Origin: Oscillospiraceae bacterium
Lineage (GTDB): Bacteria > Bacillota > Clostridia > Oscillospirales > Oscillospiraceae
DNA length: 64,000 bases
Direction: 5' to 3'
Assembly: GCA_036653715.1 (NCBI GenBank)
Contig: JAVVTL010000002.1
Span: forward strand, 65-64,064
Positions 9,586-19,085 of the stretch are shown here, one piece after another (positions within the stretch are counted from its first letter, which is position 1; every line of letters starts with the position of its first letter). The notes beneath the pieces were generated by a model. The model was given only the letters and a program-made list of their open reading frames with translations. It was not told the DNA's origin and did no database searches. The position numbers were made by a program, and so were the translations under genes.

Positions 9586-11302
9586 GCAGGAATACCAGCG
9601 CTGGCTGGACAGTCCCGCTCTCAGCGAGGAGGAATGGAAGGAGCTTTCCGCCATCTCGGAGGACGAGAATGAGAAGGAAAGCCGTTTCTATGCGCCGCTT
9701 GAGTTCGGCACGGCGGGTTTGCGCGGAGTAATGGCGGTCGGCCTGCACCGCATGAACGTGCATGTTGTCCGCTGGGCGACGCAGGCCTTTGCCGACGTCA
9801 TAAAGGCGGAGGGCGAGGCCGCCTCAAAAAAAGGCATAATCATATGCTTCGACTGCCGCATGGGCAGCGAGCTTTTTGCGCGCGAGGCCGCCTGTGTCAT
9901 GGCGGCAAACGGCGTCCGCGTCCGCATCTTCGACGGGCTTCGCCCCACGCCGGAGCTTAGCTTCGCCATCCTCCGCTACGGCGCGACGGCGGGCATCAAC
10001 ATCACCGCCAGCCACAACCCGAGCGAGTATAACGGCTATAAGGTCTATTGGTCGGACGGCGCCCAGCTTCCCCCCAAGCATGCGGAGGCAGTCGCCGCCA
10101 AGATGGACCGCACAGACCTATTCCGCGACGTGCTCTCCATGCCCTTTGACGAGGCGGTTTCCGCGGGCCTCATCGAGACGCTCGGAGCCGAGACGGACGA
10201 GGCCTTCCTCGAAAAGGTCATGTCCATGTCCATCGACGGCGATATAGTCACGAAGGTCGCGGACGATTTCAAAATCGTCTATACCCCCTTCCACGGCGCG
10301 GGCTACAGGCTTGTGCCGGAGGCTCTGCGCAGATTGGGCGTTAAGCACCTCTACCCCGAACCGAGGCAGATGGTGCCGGACGGCGCTTTCCCCACCGTGG
10401 AAAGTCCGAACCCCGAGAATCCCGAGGGCTTTTATCTCGCCGTGGAGCTTGCAAAGCAGGTCGGCTCCGACCTCATCATCGGCACAGACCCGGATTCCGA
10501 CCGCGTGGGCGTCATGGCTCGCGGGGCGGATGGAGAATATCACCCGATAACAGGCAACCAAATGGGTGTCCTGCTCCTTGACTACATCATCTCCGCAAAG
10601 CGCGAGCGCGGCACACTGCCCGCGAAGGCGGCCTTCATAAAGACCATTGTCACCTCAAACATGGGCCGCGAGGTCGCGCAGAGAAACGGCATCCGCGTGG
10701 ACGAAACCTTCACGGGCTTCAAGTTCATGGCGGAGAAGCTTGCGGAATACGAGCGCGGCGGGGAGTACCAATATCTCCTTGCCTATGAAGAAAGCTACGG
10801 CTACATGGTCGGCGATTACGTCCGCGACAAGGACGCCGTCACGGCCTCCGTCCTCATAGCCGAGATGGCGGCGCACTATTTCTCCATGGGCATGACCCTC
10901 TTGGACGCCATGGAGAGCCTCTACAAAAAATACGGCTATTTCGGCGAGCAGACGCTCAATCTCGTCATGCCCGGCCTTGACGGACTGGACAAGATGAAAA
11001 AGCTCATGGCGGATTTGCGCTCAAAGCCGCCGAGAGAGATTGGCGGAGCGGCGGTGCTCGGTATGCGCGATTACGAGAGCGGCAAAATCTCGGTCGCGGA
11101 CCTCGGAATCGTCGGCAAAACCGAAATTGTCGGCTCGAACGTCCTCTATTTTGAGCTTGAGGACGGGACGGCGTTCATTGTCCGCCCCTCCGGCACGGAA
11201 CCTAAAATCAAAATTTACATCCTCGCCCAAGGCAAGAGCAGGGCGGAGTGCGACGAGAAACTCGCGCGCTTTACGGAATATTCGGAGACACTTAAAAAAT
11301 GA
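9572..11302 (+). CDS. pgcA: phospho-sugar mutase (phosphoglucomutase/phosphomannomutase family)
   Basis: Active-site loop TASHNPSEYNGYK, metal loop GTDPDSDR, and C-terminal RPSGTEPKIK. Start at MKTYKQEYQRWL. Confidence 0.88.
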   Translation: MKTYKQEYQRWLDSPALSEEEWKELSAISEDENEKESRFYAPLEFGTAGLRGVMAVGLHRMNVHVVRWATQAFADVIKAEGEAASKKGIIICFDCRMGSELFAREAACVMAANGVRVRIFDGLRPTPELSFAILRYGATAGINITASHNPSEYNGYKVYWSDGAQLPPKHAEAVAAKMDRTDLFRDVLSMPFDEAVSAGLIETLGAETDEAFLEKVMSMSIDGDIVTKVADDFKIVYTPFHGAGYRLVPEALRRLGVKHLYPEPRQMVPDGAFPTVESPNPENPEGFYLAVELAKQVGSDLIIGTDPDSDRVGVMARGADGEYHPITGNQMGVLLLDYIISAKRERGTLPAKAAFIKTIVTSNMGREVAQRNGIRVDETFTGFKFMAEKLAEYERGGEYQYLLAYEESYGYMVGDYVRDKDAVTASVLIAEMAAHYFSMGMTLLDAMESLYKKYGYFGEQTLNLVMPGLDGLDKMKKLMADLRSKPPREIGGAAVLGMRDYESGKISVADLGIVGKTEIVGSNVLYFELEDGTAFIVRPSGTEPKIKIYILAQGKSRAECDEKLARFTEYSETLKK

Positions 11303-11853
11303 TGGAATATCTACAGCTTTTCTGGGCGTTCATCAAGGTCGGCGCCTTCACCTTCGGCGGCGGCTACGCAATGCTCCCCATCCTTCAAAAGGAAATCGTT
11401 GAGAAATACGGCTGGGTGACGGACGCCGAGGTCATGGACTACTACGCCATGGGCCAGTGCCTGCCGGGCATCATAATGGTCAATACCTCCGCCTTCATAG
11501 GCCGCAGGAAAAAGGGCGTCGCGGGCGGAATCATTGCCGCAGTCGCCGCCGTTTTGCCCTCGCTTGTCATCATCACCGTCATCGCCGCCTGCCTCACCGC
11601 CTTTGCGGATGTCCCCATGGTCAAAAACGCCTTTGCCGGCATACGCGTCTGCGTTGTCGTGCTCATCATTAACGCCGTTGCAAAGCTCTGGAAGACCGCA
11701 ATCATCGACTGGAAATGCCTCGGCATCTTCCTCGCCGTGTGCCTGCTCTCGGTATTCACGAATGTCTCACCCGTGGTGTTCGTCCTTGCCGCCGCGGCGG
11801 CGGGAATTGCCGTCTCCTGCCTCGGCACCCCTAAGGAGGCGAAAGGGAAATGA
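11299..11853 (+). CDS. chromate transporter family protein (CHR half-size, 1 of 2)
   Basis: 184-aa polytopic protein with the FTFGGGYAMLP motif. Its start overlaps the pgcA stop. Confidence 0.8.
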   Translation: MMEYLQLFWAFIKVGAFTFGGGYAMLPILQKEIVEKYGWVTDAEVMDYYAMGQCLPGIIMVNTSAFIGRRKKGVAGGIIAAVAAVLPSLVIITVIAACLTAFADVPMVKNAFAGIRVCVVVLIINAVAKLWKTAIIDWKCLGIFLAVCLLSVFTNVSPVVFVLAAAAAGIAVSCLGTPKEAKGK

Positions 11854-12434
11854 CCTTATTTCGTCTGTTTTGGGAGTTCTTAAAAATCGGCATGTTCTCC
11901 GTCGGCGGAGGCATGGCGACCCTGCCGTTTCTCTACGACATGGCGGACAAGACCGGCTGGTTCACCTACGCGCAGATAGCCGACATGCTCGCCGTCAGCG
12001 AGTCCACACCCGGCCCCATCGGCGTCAATATGGCGACCTATGTCGGCTATACCGTCTCCGGCGTATTGGGCTCCTTGATTGCCACGCTCGGCATCATCAT
12101 CCCCGGCATAATTCTCGTCCTCATAATCTCCAAGATGCTCGAGAAATTCCGCGAAAACAGGTTTGTTAACGCCGCGTTCTACGGCCTGCGTCCCGCCTCC
12201 ACGGGGCTTATAGCCGCCGCCGGCATTACCGTCGTTCAGATAGCCCTCCTCAACACGGGACTCTATGAGGCGACGGGCAGACTGCTCGACATCTTCTCGT
12301 GGAAGGCGATAGCCTTTGCCGTCATAATTTGGGTCATGACGAACCTCATAAAGCCCACAAAAAAGCTGCACCCTATACTCTATATCGCCGCGAGCGCCGT
12401 CGTCGGCATTGCGTTCTCCTTTGCCGGAGTTTAA
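11850..12434 (+). CDS. chromate transporter family protein (CHR half-size, 2 of 2)
   Basis: 194-aa polytopic protein with the FSVGGGMATLP motif, paired with the preceding half. Confidence 0.8.
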   Translation: MTLFRLFWEFLKIGMFSVGGGMATLPFLYDMADKTGWFTYAQIADMLAVSESTPGPIGVNMATYVGYTVSGVLGSLIATLGIIIPGIILVLIISKMLEKFRENRFVNAAFYGLRPASTGLIAAAGITVVQIALLNTGLYEATGRLLDIFSWKAIAFAVIIWVMTNLIKPTKKLHPILYIAASAVVGIAFSFAGV

Positions 12435-13399
12435 AGCAACGTCACAAGCGCCAAGGTATATATTGCGGAAATAAGCCCGCAAAGCAGCCGCCCGACAGTG
12501 TGTCGGGCGGTTTTTATGCCCGTACCCGCCACGACGGCGGCGGTTTGCAGGTGCACGGACACGCCGCCCCAGCCGATGATAAAGGAGCAGAGCGCAAGGT
12601 TAAGCGGCGCGGCGCCGAGGCCCTCAAGTGCGCCGAGGCCGCTGCCCAGCTCCAAAAGCCCCGTCAGCAGCGCGCGGGTGAAATGCAGGCTCTGCCCCAA
12701 GAAAACCGCAAGCTCGCCGGCGGCGCGGGGAAAGACGCCCGAGGCATCCAAAACGCCGACGCAGACGGTAAAGAAGACCACAAAGCCGCAGATGCCAAGA
12801 ACTCCCGTGACGCTGTCCCTGACCGCCTTTGGCAGCGCCTCGGAGAAGCTGAGCACCTCAATGTGCGCAGAATTGGAGGGAGGGGCATATGCCCGCCGCT
12901 CGCCTGCCATGAGCAGTCCCACGGTAATGGCCGCAAGCACATGCGAGAGATAGAGCAAAAGCCCCGTTCCCGCGCTGCCGAATACGCCTATGCCGGCTGC
13001 GCCGACAATAAACGCGGGGCCGGAGTTGTTGCAAAAGCAGAGCAGGCGCGAGCCGTCCTCCTTTGTCGTCCGCCCGGAGCGCACGAGGTCGGCGACGACG
13101 GAGGCACCGAGCGGGTAGCCCCCCGTGACGCCGAGTACAAATGCCGCCGCGCCCTCGCCCGAGACGCCGAAAAGCCGCATCATTGCGGGTGCCGCCGCCC
13201 GACCGAGGTAGGAGGGCAGCCCAAGCCCGCCTATGAGCGAGGAGACGACAAAAAACGGAAACAGAGACGGAATTATAACCCTCGCGCAGAGCGAAAGGCC
13301 GTATTTAGCGCTCTCAAGCGCCTCCGCCGAACAGAGCAAAAGGGCGATAAGCCCCGATAGCGCGGCGAGTGCAGATATTGCGCCTTTGAGTTTTTTCAA
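12431..13399 (-). CDS. ylbJ: sporulation integral membrane protein YlbJ (nucleoside-recognition domain)
   Basis: Polytopic protein with FGVSGEGAAAFVLGVTGGYPLGA. I prefer TTG 13399 (RBS GTAGGTGA). The 407-aa track version (to 13654) adds a Pro/Arg-rich extension that overlaps yqfC. Confidence 0.7.
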   Translation of the reverse strand: MKKLKGAISALAALSGLIALLLCSAEALESAKYGLSLCARVIIPSLFPFFVVSSLIGGLGLPSYLGRAAAPAMMRLFGVSGEGAAAFVLGVTGGYPLGASVVADLVRSGRTTKEDGSRLLCFCNNSGPAFIVGAAGIGVFGSAGTGLLLYLSHVLAAITVGLLMAGERRAYAPPSNSAHIEVLSFSEALPKAVRDSVTGVLGICGFVVFFTVCVGVLDASGVFPRAAGELAVFLGQSLHFTRALLTGLLELGSGLGALEGLGAAPLNLALCSFIIGWGGVSVHLQTAAVVAGTGIKTARHTVGRLLCGLISAIYTLALVTLL

Positions 13400-13491
13400 A
13401 AAATCACCTACTTGTCCGTGCTTAATCCTATGCGTCGGGTGGCGTAATTTTGCCGACGGCGGCATAAAATCATCTGACAGGGGGTGGCGGC

Positions 13492-13752
13492 GTGAGAGAA
13501 TGGCGCGAGGATATAGCGGAGCGCCTTGAGCTTCCGGCGGAGGCGGCGGGGGTGCTGAAGGTCTCGCTTTCGGGCAAGCGGCGCGTGCTTGTGGAAAATC
13601 ACAGGGGCATATTGGAGTACGCCGACGACTGCATTGAGGTGGCGGGCGGCGCACTGCGTCTGCGCATAAGGGGCGACGGGCTTGAAATAAAAGCCATGGA
13701 CAGGGCGGACCTGCTGGTCACGGGGACGATATTTTCAGTGGAGCTTGAGTGA
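13492..13752 (+). CDS. yqfC: sporulation protein YqfC
   Basis: 86 aa with the YqfC pattern (LSGKRRVLVENHRGILEYADDCIEV, LVTGTIFSVEL). It is followed by yqfD with a 4-nt overlap. Confidence 0.85.
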   Translation: MREWREDIAERLELPAEAAGVLKVSLSGKRRVLVENHRGILEYADDCIEVAGGALRLRIRGDGLEIKAMDRADLLVTGTIFSVELE

Positions 13753-14933
13753 TGGAGAGAGCGACAAATCTTATTCGCGGCTGTGTCCGCGCGGAGATAT
13801 CGGGTGCGTTCCCGGGAAATTTCCTCAATATCCTCGCTAAAAACGGCGTGGCTTTTTGGGACGCGCAGCCGATGGACGCCTTTACCCTGCGCGTAAGCCT
13901 GCGTCTCGGCGACTGGGAGCGGGCCAAAAAGCTCGCCGCCCGCGTTCAGTGCGCGGCGGAGCTGCTTGGAAAAAAGGGCGCGCCCGTGGTGAAACGCCGC
14001 CTGCGCCGCCGAATTGCACTGCTGCTCTGTGCCGTTTTGTGCGTTTCGGCGCTCGGCGTCTCGTCGCTTTTCGTCTGGGATATTGAGATTGGCGGGAATG
14101 AGCAGCTCACAAAGGGCGAGATACTCCGCGCCCTCGAGGACTGCGGCGTCACCGTGGGCGCGTTCTGGCCGAACTTCAGCAGCGAGCTTATAAGAAACGA
14201 GATGACGATAAGGCTGCCGGAGCTGAGCTGGCTTGCGGTAAACGTCAAGGGCAGCCGCGCCGAGGTGATAATCCGCGAGCGCAGGCCGAAGCCCGTCATA
14301 ATCGACAACGACACTCCCGTGAGCGTCACTGCGCGAAAGACGGGCATAATAACAAAAATGAACGTGCTTCAGGGCGCGCCGACCGTAAAGCCCGGTCAGG
14401 TTGTGCTCGAGGGGGAGACACTGATATCGGGGTCTGTGGACAATCTTGTCGGCGCGACGCGCACGGTTCACGCGATGGCGGAGGTCATGGCGCATACCTA
14501 TTATGAAATGAGCGCCACGGCGGAGCTTTCGGAGTACAAAAAGACCTATACGGGGGCAAAGCACAGCCGTTATGCACTCATACTGGGCGGGACTCGAATA
14601 AATTTTTACGCAGACAGTGGAAATTGCGGTGTGTATTGTGATAAAATCATTACCGAGCGTTCTTTCGCGGTCAGGGACATATTTACCCTGCCCGTGACAC
14701 TCGTGCGCGAGCGCTTCGCCGAATACACTCTGACGGAGACACAGCGCGACAGGGCGGCTCTCCGCCAAGACCTTGAGGCGACACTGAAAAAAACGCTCCT
14801 GCTTGAACTCGGGAAGAACGGCAAGCCCATCTCCTCCACCTTCGTCAGCGAGGAGCGCGGCGGCGTGATGACAGTCACGCTCCGCGTCGAGTGCCTTGAG
14901 AATATCGCAGTCGAGACGCCGCTCGTCCCATAA
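13749..14933 (+). CDS. yqfD: sporulation protein YqfD
   Basis: 394 aa with one central TM. Organisation is YqfD-like and the gene is conserved next to yqfC/phoH. Confidence 0.85.
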   Translation: MMERATNLIRGCVRAEISGAFPGNFLNILAKNGVAFWDAQPMDAFTLRVSLRLGDWERAKKLAARVQCAAELLGKKGAPVVKRRLRRRIALLLCAVLCVSALGVSSLFVWDIEIGGNEQLTKGEILRALEDCGVTVGAFWPNFSSELIRNEMTIRLPELSWLAVNVKGSRAEVIIRERRPKPVIIDNDTPVSVTARKTGIITKMNVLQGAPTVKPGQVVLEGETLISGSVDNLVGATRTVHAMAEVMAHTYYEMSATAELSEYKKTYTGAKHSRYALILGGTRINFYADSGNCGVYCDKIITERSFAVRDIFTLPVTLVRERFAEYTLTETQRDRAALRQDLEATLKKTLLLELGKNGKPISSTFVSEERGGVMTVTLRVECLENIAVETPLVP

Positions 14934-14967
14934 ATTCACCCACACAAAAGAGAGGAAGCCTGCATAG

Positions 14968-15978
14968 ATGACAGAAATAACCCTGCCCATGGACCGGTTG
15001 GAGAACGTGATAAGCGTGTTCGGCTCCTTCGACCAGAACCTTCGAATAATCGAAGCCGAGCTTGGCGTCCGCGTCTCCGACAGGGACGACCAGATACACA
15101 TCGCCGGCGAGGCGGAGGACGTGATGATTGCCGAGAAGGCAATATCGGGTCTGCTCCTGCTCGCCTCGCGCGGGGAGAACATTGACGCGCAGAACGTGCG
15201 CTATATCCTCAAGCTGGTCGCCGAGGGGCGGGAGGCAAAAATATCCGAGCTTGGGAGCGACGTTGTCTGCATCACCGCCAAGGGCAAGCCCATAAAGGCA
15301 AAGACCCTCGGTCAGAAGGCATATGTAGACGCCATCGCAAAAAATACCGTTACTTTAGGCATAGGCCCCGCAGGAACGGGCAAGACCTATCTCGCGGTTG
15401 CAAGGGCGGTTTCCGCCTTCCGCGCGGAGCAGGTAAACCGAATCATCCTCACCCGCCCCGCTGTAGAGGCGGGCGAGCGGCTCGGCTTTCTGCCGGGGGA
15501 TTTGCAGAGCAAGGTTGACCCGTATCTCCGTCCGCTCTACGACGCGCTCTTTGAGATGCTCGGCACAGACACCTACAACAAATACCTTGAGCGCGGCAAC
15601 ATCGAGGTCGCGCCGCTCGCCTATATGCGCGGGCGCACGCTGGACGACAGCTTCATCATCCTTGACGAGGCGCAGAACACGAGCAGGGAACAGATGAAGA
15701 TGTTCCTGACCCGCATAGGCTTCGGCTCCAAGGTCGTCATCACCGGCGACGTGACGCAGGTCGATTTGCCCTCCGATAAAATCTCCGGGCTTCGTGAGGC
15801 CGTGAGAGTCCTGAAGGGCATTGACGATATTGAAATATGCACCCTCACCGGTGCGGACGTCGTGCGCCACCCGCTCATACAAAAAATAGTCGAGGCATAC
15901 GAGAAATACGAGACGCCGCCCAGACCCCCGCGCCCCGCGGCACCGAGAAACAAAACGAATGAGAGGTACTCCAAATGA
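14968..15978 (+). CDS. phoH: PhoH-family ATPase
   Basis: Walker A GPAGTGKTYLA and PhoH core (LTRPAVEAGERLGFLPGD, ILDEAQN). Confidence 0.92.
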   Translation: MTEITLPMDRLENVISVFGSFDQNLRIIEAELGVRVSDRDDQIHIAGEAEDVMIAEKAISGLLLLASRGENIDAQNVRYILKLVAEGREAKISELGSDVVCITAKGKPIKAKTLGQKAYVDAIAKNTVTLGIGPAGTGKTYLAVARAVSAFRAEQVNRIILTRPAVEAGERLGFLPGDLQSKVDPYLRPLYDALFEMLGTDTYNKYLERGNIEVAPLAYMRGRTLDDSFIILDEAQNTSREQMKMFLTRIGFGSKVVITGDVTQVDLPSDKISGLREAVRVLKGIDDIEICTLTGADVVRHPLIQKIVEAYEKYETPPRPPRPAAPRNKTNERYSK

Positions 15979-17471
15979 ACATGGAGGAAGCGCGAAAAAG
16001 CCTGAAGGAACTGCAACTCAAGGAGTTTGCCTACGGACAGGCCATGGGCACCATGCACTATGACGCCGTCACCGGCGCACCGAGTGAGACTTGGGCGCCG
16101 AGAGGCAAGGCCACGTCCATACTTTCGGCGGAGGCGTACAAGCTCTCCTCCGGCGAGGAGAGCGGGACGCTGCTGAACTTCCTTTCCGCTCATGAGGACG
16201 AGCTTAGCGAGGCCGAACGCCGCATCGTCGCGCTGAAGCAAAAGGGACTTGCCGAGCTGCGCAGCATACCGATGGACGAATACGTCGCCTATTCCGAGCT
16301 TATAAACGAATCCCAGTCCGTCTGGCGCAAGGCAAAGGAGCGCTCCGACTACGCGATGTTCGAGCCGTACCTCAAGCGCATAGTCGCTGCAAAGCGCCGC
16401 TTCGCCGCCCTCGTCCGCCCGGATATGGACCCCTACGACTACCTGCTCGACAAATACGAGGAGGGCCTCACCGGCGAGCGCTGCGACGAATTTTTCCTCA
16501 CTCTGCGAAAAAGCATGATACCTCTGCTCAAAAAAATGACCGCCGCCCCCCAGCCGGAGGCGGGCTTTCTCCGCACGCCCTTCCCCGAGGCCGCGCAGCT
16601 TGAGCTTTCCCACAGGCTCATGCGGCTCATGGGCATCGACATGACCCACTGCGGCCTTGCCACCACAGAGCACCCCTTCACCATGAACTTCTCCAAATAC
16701 GACGTGCGCATAACCACGCACTTCTATGAGGACGACTTCACCTCCTCGCTTTTCAGCACCGTCCATGAGGGCGGACACGCCCTCTACGAGCTGCATACGG
16801 CGGATGAATTTGCCTATACAGAGCTTGGCGGCGGCGTCTCCATGGGCATACACGAGAGCCAGTCGCGCCTCTACGAAAATATCTTCGCCCGCTCCCGCGA
16901 GTTTATCGGCTGCATATATCCGATGCTCTCGGAGCTTTGCCCCGCGCTCGCGGGACATACGCCGGAGGGCTTTTACAGAGCCGTCAATATGGCGAAGCCC
17001 TCGCTCATCCGCACGGAGGCCGATGAATTCACCTATTACCTCCACATCTGCGTCCGCTATGAGCTCGAAAAGGCGCTGATTTCCGGGACGCTCACGACGG
17101 CTGATTTGCCCAAGCGCTGGAATGAGCTTTACAAGCAATACCTCGGCGTTGACGTGCCGGACGACGCCCGGGGCGTTTTGCAGGACTCCCACTGGTCCTC
17201 GGGTCAGATAGGCTATTTCCCGTCCTACGCCCTCGGCAGTGCCTATGGCGCTCAGCTTGTGACAGTCATGCGGGAGACGGTGGATGTTCCCGCCTGCCTC
17301 GCCAAGGGCGACTTCGCCCCCATAAACGCGTGGCTTGAGGAGCACATCTGGAAATACGGCGCCCTCTACAAACCCGCAGAGCTTTTGGAGCGCGCACTCG
17401 GCGGCCCCTTCGATCCGCATTGCTATACGGATTATCTCAGTGACAAGGCAAAGGACATTTACGGCATATGA
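15975..17471 (+). CDS. carboxypeptidase M32 (Taq-type metallocarboxypeptidase)
   Basis: HEGGHALYE zinc site, HESQSRLYEN and IRTEADEFTY motifs typical of M32. Confidence 0.88.
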   Translation: MNMEEARKSLKELQLKEFAYGQAMGTMHYDAVTGAPSETWAPRGKATSILSAEAYKLSSGEESGTLLNFLSAHEDELSEAERRIVALKQKGLAELRSIPMDEYVAYSELINESQSVWRKAKERSDYAMFEPYLKRIVAAKRRFAALVRPDMDPYDYLLDKYEEGLTGERCDEFFLTLRKSMIPLLKKMTAAPQPEAGFLRTPFPEAAQLELSHRLMRLMGIDMTHCGLATTEHPFTMNFSKYDVRITTHFYEDDFTSSLFSTVHEGGHALYELHTADEFAYTELGGGVSMGIHESQSRLYENIFARSREFIGCIYPMLSELCPALAGHTPEGFYRAVNMAKPSLIRTEADEFTYYLHICVRYELEKALISGTLTTADLPKRWNELYKQYLGVDVPDDARGVLQDSHWSSGQIGYFPSYALGSAYGAQLVTVMRETVDVPACLAKGDFAPINAWLEEHIWKYGALYKPAELLERALGGPFDPHCYTDYLSDKAKDIYGI

Positions 17472-17953
17472 CACACAGGATATACGTTGCCCGCGAAAAG
17501 CGCGGGCTGGGACAGCCGGAGGCATATATGTTTCTGCGCCGCGCCGTGAGAGCGGCTCTTGCCGCCGAGGGAGTTGACGTTCCCTGCGAGGTAAACATCC
17601 TCCTCACGGATGACGGGGGCATCAGAACCATAAACCGCGAAAACAGGGGAGTGGACAGCCCGACGGATGTCCTGTCATTTCCCTTCGGCGAGCTGCTTCC
17701 CGGGAAATTTGACCCTGCGCTCTGCGAGCGCAACCCCGAGACGGACATGGTCTACCTTGGGGACATGGCGCTCTCGATACCGCGCTGCGAGGCACAGGGC
17801 GTGGAATTCGACCACGGCTTCGAGCGGGAGCTTTGCTATCTCGCCGTGCACAGCACACTGCATCTTTTGGGGTATGATCACATGGATGAGGGAGCAGACA
17901 AAAGCCTCATGCGCTCCCGAGAAAAAATAATAATGAGGGATCTGAACTTATGA
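17468..17953 (+). CDS. ybeY: rRNA maturation endoribonuclease YbeY
   Basis: HSTLHLLGYDH metal motif; 161 aa. Confidence 0.92.
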   Translation: MTHRIYVAREKRGLGQPEAYMFLRRAVRAALAAEGVDVPCEVNILLTDDGGIRTINRENRGVDSPTDVLSFPFGELLPGKFDPALCERNPETDMVYLGDMALSIPRCEAQGVEFDHGFERELCYLAVHSTLHLLGYDHMDEGADKSLMRSREKIIMRDLNL

Positions 17954-18852
17954 CAACAAAAAACGCGATGATAACCATTGCAGGCCGCCCGAACGTCGGA
18001 AAGTCCACGCTCACCAATTCGCTTGTCGGCGAGAAAGTCTCCATAGTCTCCAACAAGCCACAGACCACAAGAAACCGCATAACCGGTATCCTCAACAAGG
18101 GCGACACCCAGTTTGTCTTTATGGACACGCCGGGCTTTCACCACGCGCGCACGCGCCTTGGCGAGTACATGGACAGCGTGGTGCGCGAGAGTGTCGCCTC
18201 GGTGGACGCGGTGGTGCTTGTCGTCGAGCCGATTGCCTCGCTCGGGCCTCAGGAGCGCGAGCTTATTGAGCGCGTCAACGCAAACGGCGTGCCGATGATT
18301 CTCGCCGTCAACAAAATCGACACGCTTCCCAAGGGCGAGCTGCTCTCGGTCATAGCCGTCTATTCCGCCGTCTGCGACTTCAAGGCGATAGTGCCCATCT
18401 CCGCAAAGACCGGCGACGGGCTGGACATGCTGCTTGAGGAGCTTGCAAAGTTTGCCGAGGAGGGGCCGCAGCTCTTTCCCGACGAGATGTTCACAGACCA
18501 GCCCGAAAAGCAAATCTGCGCCGAGCTGATGCGCGAGAAGCTGCTCTGGTGCCTCGACAAGGAAATCCCCCACGGCACGGCTGTGGAGGTCTCAAAATTC
18601 TCCGAGCGCGAGGACGGCATCATCGACATCGAAGTCACCATCTACTGCGAAAAATCCTCGCACAAGGGCATAATAATCGGCAAAAACGGCGCGATGCTCA
18701 AAAAAATCGGCGAGTTCGCGCGCAAGGACCTCGAGGCGTTTTTGGACGCCAAGGTCTATCTGCAAACCTGGGTCAAGGTCAAGGAAAACTGGCGCGACAA
18801 CTCGTCACTGCTCCGCAACTTCGGCTTCGGCACGAATAATTTCCCAAGCTAA
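17950..18852 (+). CDS. era: GTPase Era
   Basis: G1 GRPNVGKST, G3 DTPG, G4 NKID, and a KH domain at the C-terminus. Confidence 0.95.
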   Translation: MTTKNAMITIAGRPNVGKSTLTNSLVGEKVSIVSNKPQTTRNRITGILNKGDTQFVFMDTPGFHHARTRLGEYMDSVVRESVASVDAVVLVVEPIASLGPQERELIERVNANGVPMILAVNKIDTLPKGELLSVIAVYSAVCDFKAIVPISAKTGDGLDMLLEELAKFAEEGPQLFPDEMFTDQPEKQICAELMREKLLWCLDKEIPHGTAVEVSKFSEREDGIIDIEVTIYCEKSSHKGIIIGKNGAMLKKIGEFARKDLEAFLDAKVYLQTWVKVKENWRDNSSLLRNFGFGTNNFPS

Positions 18853-18885
18853 AATACCGGCGGGGCGCACACACTAAGCTCCGAG

Positions 18886-19068
18886 GTGAGCGATGTGAAG
18901 TCCGACGGATTTTGGGAGCTTTTTATCGACACCGGCGACCCGCTCTGCTGGCTCATGAGCCGCGCGGACGGAAAAAGCGCCGGCAATACAAATATGGGCG
19001 GCAGTGAGTCGCCCGCTTCAAAGCACGCCGCAATAAGCGGCAGAGACGGCGCTTCGCCGTCCGATTGA
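18886..19068 (+). CDS. yqzL: YqzL-like small protein
   Basis: The position between era and recO is the same as in B. subtilis, and the N-terminal FWELFIDTGDPLCWLM resembles YqzL. The exact start (GTG 18886 or 18895) is uncertain. Confidence 0.5.
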   Translation: MSDVKSDGFWELFIDTGDPLCWLMSRADGKSAGNTNMGGSESPASKHAAISGRDGASPSD

Positions 19069-19085
19069 CGGACAGAGGTACATAT

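Noticed and set aside
12299-13360. 353-aa Arg/Lys/Gly-rich + strand ORF. A similar one lies at 61777-62805.
   Set aside because: They are antisense to polytopic membrane proteins (ylbJ, MFS). Their extreme basic low-complexity composition is what the reverse frame of hydrophobic GC-rich genes produces.
13599-15182. 527-aa ORF on the - strand.
   Set aside because: It runs antisense across yqfC/yqfD/phoH, which have clear family signatures. Its translation is Arg/Ala/Leu-rich low-information sequence with no RBS or recognisable motifs. This is a typical shadow ORF of a GC-rich genome.
15621-17525. 634-aa ORF on the - strand, the longest unexplained ORF in the track.
   Set aside because: It is exactly antisense to the M32 carboxypeptidase, which carries HEGGH, HESQS and IRTEADE motifs. 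It has no motifs of its own and its stop-free run is explained by GC3 bias.
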